From a virus (Duplodnaviria > Caudoviricetes), in IMG/VR virus record IMGVR_UViG_3300024249_000010, positions 1 to 49,517 of that record: DNA of 49,517 bases. The stretch is one strand, 5' to 3'. Both the position numbers and the translations under genes were made by a program. The notes beneath the pieces were generated by a model. The model saw only the letters and a list, made by a program, of their open reading frames with translations, was not told the DNA's origin and searched no databases. Below are positions 45,306 to 49,517 of this stretch, piece after piece (position 1 is the stretch's first letter; each line of letters opens with the position of its first letter).

Positions 45306-46147
45306 CACCAATTCCCATGATTCATAGAGTCCCGCATTTCATTGTTAAAATGGTCACGAGCAGTGTCGCTGGAGGTTTGATCTTCCTTGGTCAGATCATC
45401 GACGAGAAGACTGCCGTGCCGTTGTTCACCGCAGTCTCGGCCGTAGTCGTTATTGGTGCGCTCATCTGGAAGATGGGAACGCAGTATCAGGCGCTCATGG
45501 ATCGACTCAATGTAATCGAGAAAACGAAGACCAAACCCTACGACGATACCAACCTGAGGGCGGAGCTGAGTAATGTGTGGGCGGCTGTGTCCGGAATTAA
45601 AGCGGAGTTTAGCGAGGTGCGGACGCAACTTGGATCAATCAAATCAGATCTCCGAACAGTTGCCTCAGAGCGATCGGTCGACATGGAGCGGCTGCGAAAG
45701 CAGCTCAAGACAAACGCACTTATGGACGCAGTGCCAAATAACTCGGAACGAACCGGCATGCGCTTATTGCTTGTTGAAGATAATCCGGACGATCTGGCGA
45801 TACTGAAAAGGAGACTTACCCCGGCTTTCATCGTCGACGAGTGCCACACATTGGCGCAAGCGAATGCGAAGCTCAAAAAACAGAGCTACGATTGCGTCCT
45901 GCTGGATCTCAGACTGCCGGATGCGCGCTTTAATCGAACGGTCGAGGATTTCATTGCCGACAACCCGGACTCGCTTTGCATCGTGCTGAGCGGCTGTGAT
46001 GATGACGCGACCCGAAAGCTTTGCTTCGACCAGGGAGCCGATGACTTTTGGATCAAGGGCGTCGACGATCAGGACATCCGCACCATCAAACGCCGCATCA
46101 CAGAAGCAAATTGGCGCCGCCACCGCGCCAGCGATGAACTAACGTAA
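45302..46147 (+). CDS. TM + coiled coil + response-regulator receiver domain
   Basis: Two hydrophobic segments; REC from 45758: 'LLLVEDN', 'VLLDLRLPD', 'IVLSG', 'GADDFWIK'. Confidence 0.85.
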   Translation: MTPIPMIHRVPHFIVKMVTSSVAGGLIFLGQIIDEKTAVPLFTAVSAVVVIGALIWKMGTQYQALMDRLNVIEKTKTKPYDDTNLRAELSNVWAAVSGIKAEFSEVRTQLGSIKSDLRTVASERSVDMERLRKQLKTNALMDAVPNNSERTGMRLLLVEDNPDDLAILKRRLTPAFIVDECHTLAQANAKLKKQSYDCVLLDLRLPDARFNRTVEDFIADNPDSLCIVLSGCDDDATRKLCFDQGADDFWIKGVDDQDIRTIKRRITEANWRRHRASDELT

Positions 46148-46151
46148 GCCT

Positions 46152-47981
46152 ATGCCAAGAGCCATTGCACGCACACCTTGGACCACAGTTTCGCTGACAC
46201 CGTTAATCGGAGTGCTCGACACGCGATCGCGACCGGCCGACATTCCGCCCGGCGCCTTCCGTTGGGCCGGTAACTTCCAGATCACACCGGACGGCAAACG
46301 CTGCCGTCGCGACGGACACACCAAAGCTTTCGCCGACGTGGTGATTGACGGCCGTTACCAGAATCAGGACCTGCATCATCAAGGCGCCGATCGCGAGCCG
46401 ATAACTTTCGAGCTGGAGACCACCGCGAGCGATGGCACGCGCAGACTCTACGCCGGTACGCAGAGCCGGTTATACTGGCTGGACGAGGCAACCGGGCTTT
46501 GGACAACAATCGCCACCGGTTACGGTACGACGGGCTCTTACTGGCGCGCGGACGTTCTGCAGGACATAATTATTTTCGCCAACGGCAATCCAACGGACAA
46601 AATCATCTATCAGAACCTCGGCGACCCAACGACGCAACCCGTCCCTGACCTGTACGCTGTCTGGAGTGGTGCGCCTCAGGACGTGATGGGTGCGCACGTT
46701 GTCATCCAGTACAGCGGCGTGATCATGCTGATGAACTTCACTGACAAGGATGGCCCGCATCCAGTCAGGATCATGTGGTGCGACCTCAACAACCCGCTGA
46801 GCTGGAACCCGGGCACGACGGACACGATCGCCGACTACCAAGACCTCGATTACGGTGACGAAATTCTTGCCGCCACCACGATGCAAGGCAGCCTTTACGT
46901 GTTCACTCGGCGCGCTATCTGGAAGGTGAGCGTTTCCCCGGCCGGATCCACGACAGACTTCTCTTTCACCAGGGTCTACGTCGAGCCGTTGAACCAAACC
47001 GGTTGCCTCACGTTCCCCCGAACTCTGGTAAGCATGGGGACAGAAGTCCGATACATGAGCCGGGACAGCATTTACCGCTATGACCCTTACATTGCGCAGC
47101 CAGAGCGCGAAGATTGGATCTATCGCGCCTCCGGAGTGATTTACCGCAAGCCGGACACAGCCTTATCAGGTCTGGATTGCGGCGCTCCTTGCGCCGGTTG
47201 GAAGCCCAGCTCACGCGAGTTTTGGATCTCGTGGCCGTCCGGCACGCATACCGTGAATAACTGGACCCTTGTGAATCAGCTCGATTACAAGACGTCCGAC
47301 GTTGTTGATCACGGTTACTCTGTGTTCTGCAACTACCGGCGCAATCCGGTAGGGAACGTCTGCAACGAAGAACAGGATTACCTCGCCGCCAGTGGGTCTG
47401 ACTGGAGCATCAAATCACTCAACTCCGGAGTGTTCTACCGCGAAATGCTCGTGATCGCGGCGCAGCTCAGCGACGACATTCCCCTGGACGATCCGATCTA
47501 TCAGCAGACCGGTTACTACTCCATCCTTCGCGCGCAGATCCCAACCGGCCTTTATGACCGGGACAAGATTTGCCGTCGCGTGCTGGTTGATGACGACGTG
47601 TCCGAAGAAGCTGTGCCGGGCAAGTACCAGATCAAACTTGGCAATAGCTACAACATTGCCGACACGAATGAATCGAGTGCACCGGCGAACTCACCGGTTA
47701 ACACCACCGGGATCCGTTGTGCGATCATGTGGCGGACCTTGGACACGGTACCGGAAGCTGGCTACAAAGGTCAGATTGCCTGCCTGGACCCTGGGACCAT
47801 TGGGAGCATGGTCGCCCAAGGTTTGAAGCCATACGCCGGGCGTGAGTTTCCTTGCTTCGAACAGAATCACTTTCTCTGGTTCGAGCTGTGCATCATGGAT
47901 CAGAACGGCCAGCCGAGAATAGGGAGTGACGTTTGCTTACAGCGGATTGACTTCGACCTCTTGGCTTTGCCCAAGCCGTAA
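46152..47981 (+). CDS. tail/DNA-stabilization protein (P22 gp10 or tail tubular B-like beta-propeller)
   Basis: 609 aa; 'IIFANG', 'RIMWCDLNNPLSW', 'GDEI..LYVF.RRAIW', 'GC..PRTLV', 'FWISWP'. Confidence 0.65.
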   Translation: MPRAIARTPWTTVSLTPLIGVLDTRSRPADIPPGAFRWAGNFQITPDGKRCRRDGHTKAFADVVIDGRYQNQDLHHQGADREPITFELETTASDGTRRLYAGTQSRLYWLDEATGLWTTIATGYGTTGSYWRADVLQDIIIFANGNPTDKIIYQNLGDPTTQPVPDLYAVWSGAPQDVMGAHVVIQYSGVIMLMNFTDKDGPHPVRIMWCDLNNPLSWNPGTTDTIADYQDLDYGDEILAATTMQGSLYVFTRRAIWKVSVSPAGSTTDFSFTRVYVEPLNQTGCLTFPRTLVSMGTEVRYMSRDSIYRYDPYIAQPEREDWIYRASGVIYRKPDTALSGLDCGAPCAGWKPSSREFWISWPSGTHTVNNWTLVNQLDYKTSDVVDHGYSVFCNYRRNPVGNVCNEEQDYLAASGSDWSIKSLNSGVFYREMLVIAAQLSDDIPLDDPIYQQTGYYSILRAQIPTGLYDRDKICRRVLVDDDVSEEAVPGKYQIKLGNSYNIADTNESSAPANSPVNTTGIRCAIMWRTLDTVPEAGYKGQIACLDPGTIGSMVAQGLKPYAGREFPCFEQNHFLWFELCIMDQNGQPRIGSDVCLQRIDFDLLALPKP

Positions 47982-48104
47982 TTCGGTCTTTAATTCTGTC
48001 CCGGTGAAGTGTATCTTTGCCACGTGAGCAAAGGACACCATCATGAGGGCAACGATCAGGCTGATCGACTCGCCCACTTGATCAACGAAAGGTACTCGCA
48101 AATT

Positions 48105-48362
48105 ATGTCTGCAATCAGTGACTTCAATGACAAATTGAAAGCATTCTTCGACCGTCAGGACACGGCGATCACGGATCTGCAAGGCGATGTAAAATCCCTT
48201 CAGGACCAGATTGCCGCGTTGCAGAATTCTACCGGGACAATCACACCGGAAGATCAAGCACTGCTCGACGGTATCACCACGCGCGTCTCGGCTGTCTCCG
48301 ATAAGCTGGATGCACTGGACGCATTGACCCCGCCAGCGGCACCACCACCCACAGCGAAGTAA
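48105..48362 (+). CDS. coiled-coil protein
   Basis: Heptad pattern; frame open from 48009 so the start may be upstream; followed by a terminator. Confidence 0.7.
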   Translation: MSAISDFNDKLKAFFDRQDTAITDLQGDVKSLQDQIAALQNSTGTITPEDQALLDGITTRVSAVSDKLDALDALTPPAAPPPTAK

Positions 48363-48385
48363 CGGGGACAAACCTTCTTTCCGCA

Positions 48386-48417
48386 GCGCGCGACTCTTGG
48401 CCGCGCGTTTTTTATTT
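48386..48417 (+). terminator. intrinsic terminator
   Basis: GCGCGCG/CGCGCGT stem then TTTTTATTT between convergent genes. Confidence 0.65.
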
Positions 48418-48818
48418 CAGAACGGAAGCTCCCGAGCCTCTCGCCATTTCTGGCACAACGCCAGAAACCTTTGCTTTTCCCGTGCATCCAAATGCCGCAT
48501 TGGATTCTTTTGTTTGCCGGATGCCAGGAACTCAAGGTACCGCTTGAACGGTTTGATGAAGTAGAACCGTGCGCCATTGGTCGCGCCTTTGGCCGGGATG
48601 TTCACAACGAAGCTGAAGCCAAGAGCGTCACAGAACTTGTTGATAACAGACAAGCGCCACGGCGCCCACGTGATCGACCGGGCAAGGCGCCGAACCGTGG
48701 TAGCTGAAAGACCGGCCCGCTCCGCGATGACTTCAGTGCCAGGGTGCGAACCACCCTCTCGGATGAGGTAGTAACAGAGGAACGGCGGGCTTTGGTCTAG
48801 GCATTCGAGAAGGTTCAT
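48417..48818 (-). CDS. HTH DNA-binding protein (XRE-like)
   Basis: 'EVIAERAGLSATTVRRLAR..VINKFCDALG'. Confidence 0.65.
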   Translation of the reverse strand: MNLLECLDQSPPFLCYYLIREGGSHPGTEVIAERAGLSATTVRRLARSITWAPWRLSVINKFCDALGFSFVVNIPAKGATNGARFYFIKPFKRYLEFLASGKQKNPMRHLDAREKQRFLALCQKWREARELPF

Positions 48819-49024
48819 TTCAACAATTTTGAGTCGAGGTAGAATGTAACCGGTCTCGAACCTGACGAGTCGAGCACGAAACCAAACCATCTTCGATTGC
48901 GCCGAAAGTAGTAGAGAATCCCGTTAGCCCAGCCGTCAGTACGATAATCGTCGCACTGCTGCAAGTACTCATCAAACAGCTCCCGAGTCACCGGCTTCCA
49001 GTGTGGCGGTATTTGAAGGTCCAT
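48815..49024 (-). CDS. hypothetical protein
   Basis: ATGA-coupled to the HTH gene. Confidence 0.6.
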   Translation of the reverse strand: MDLQIPPHWKPVTRELFDEYLQQCDDYRTDGWANGILYYFRRNRRWFGFVLDSSGSRPVTFYLDSKLLK

Positions 49025-49415
49025 GCTTAACTTTCCACTCTAACTCATACTCTTTAGCCAGTCGTTCGAACACAGGCGGCGAGAGCTGGATGATTTTCCC
49101 CGCCATGTCCGCTAGCCGCGCGCTCTTCGCGATGATAAATCGATCGTCACAGATGAATGCAGTGTAACCAGCAGCCAGATCCTTTTCGCAGCTCTTGCAC
49201 TTGTCTGGCTTGGGAAGGTTATGAACGGCCGGACCAAAATCAAACCCCGTCCCGCAAATCGGGCAGACACTTCTCGGCACTCTCGGCGCTTCCTTTCGGC
49301 CTTTTCCCCCAAGCTTTTTCTCGGCTACGGCCTTTGCGTACGACGGCAGCATGCCTGCCAGATGCTTGAGCGTTTCGTTGCTGGGGCCGGGCGGCTGTCC
49401 GTTGGACTCGTGCAT
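48972..49415 (-). CDS. hypothetical zinc-finger protein
   Basis: 'CPICG' and 'CKSC'. Confidence 0.65.
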   Translation of the reverse strand: MHESNGQPPGPSNETLKHLAGMLPSYAKAVAEKKLGGKGRKEAPRVPRSVCPICGTGFDFGPAVHNLPKPDKCKSCEKDLAAGYTAFICDDRFIIAKSARLADMAGKIIQLSPPVFERLAKEYELEWKVKHGPSNTATLEAGDSGAV

Positions 49416-49517
49416 AACTATGGCATTTTAATGGCATTCTTATCCGGAATGCCCATCAGGCGATCGCATTCGGCTAAGTAAGCGGACCAAGACGCGAATA
49501 GCAAGCGGATGCAAATA

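Larger units (their letters stand above)
1..49517. mobile_element. Caudoviricetes (probably podovirus-like) phage genome segment
   Basis: Terminase, portal, scaffold, capsid, holin-like, Bet/exonuclease and many HNH genes; tightly packed ATGA-overlapping ORFs; no host housekeeping genes, integrase or att site seen. Confidence 0.96.

Noticed and set aside
1-49517. Prophage boundaries, integrase, att sites, rRNA or tRNA genes
   Set aside because: None recognised; lifestyle and the replication module cannot be determined from this window

Overview
The window is a 49.5 kb piece of a tailed dsDNA phage genome, most likely podovirus-like: terminase, portal, scaffold, HK97-type capsid and a P22 gp10-like tail protein are present, and no tape-measure gene is visible. 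The host is probably a Verrucomicrobiota-like bacterium, inferred from the style of the FN3/Ig domains, the TN-rich secreted proteins and weak Shine-Dalgarno use. Layout: 1-10.3 kb (+) recombination/early genes (Toprim, beta-clamp-like, Bet, ASCH, DUF2800 nuclease, RusA-like, DUF1643, DUF5131, Fis-HTH); 10.3-16.7 kb (-) holin-like and signal-peptide-bearing fibre/lectin genes; 16.8-25.7 kb (-) a glycosylation/modification cluster; 26.1-40.0 kb (-) head and adhesin genes; 40.1-48.4 kb (+) terminase, FN3/Ig proteins, LuxR-HTH, a membrane-anchored receiver domain and the tail protein. Seven free-standing homing endonucleases are interspersed. Most striking: (1) a RusA-like resolvase whose N- and C-terminal motifs lie in two different, fully overlapping open frames; (2) a polypeptide-GalNAc-transferase-like enzyme plus further glycosyltransferases, paired with a poly-Thr capsid tail, suggesting virion O-glycosylation; (3) a DUF1643 gene split in frame by a 1248-bp insert carrying DUF5131; (4) Sec-exported fibre-like proteins; (5) separated two-component-system parts. 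All family assignments are motif recognition by eye; no searches were run.
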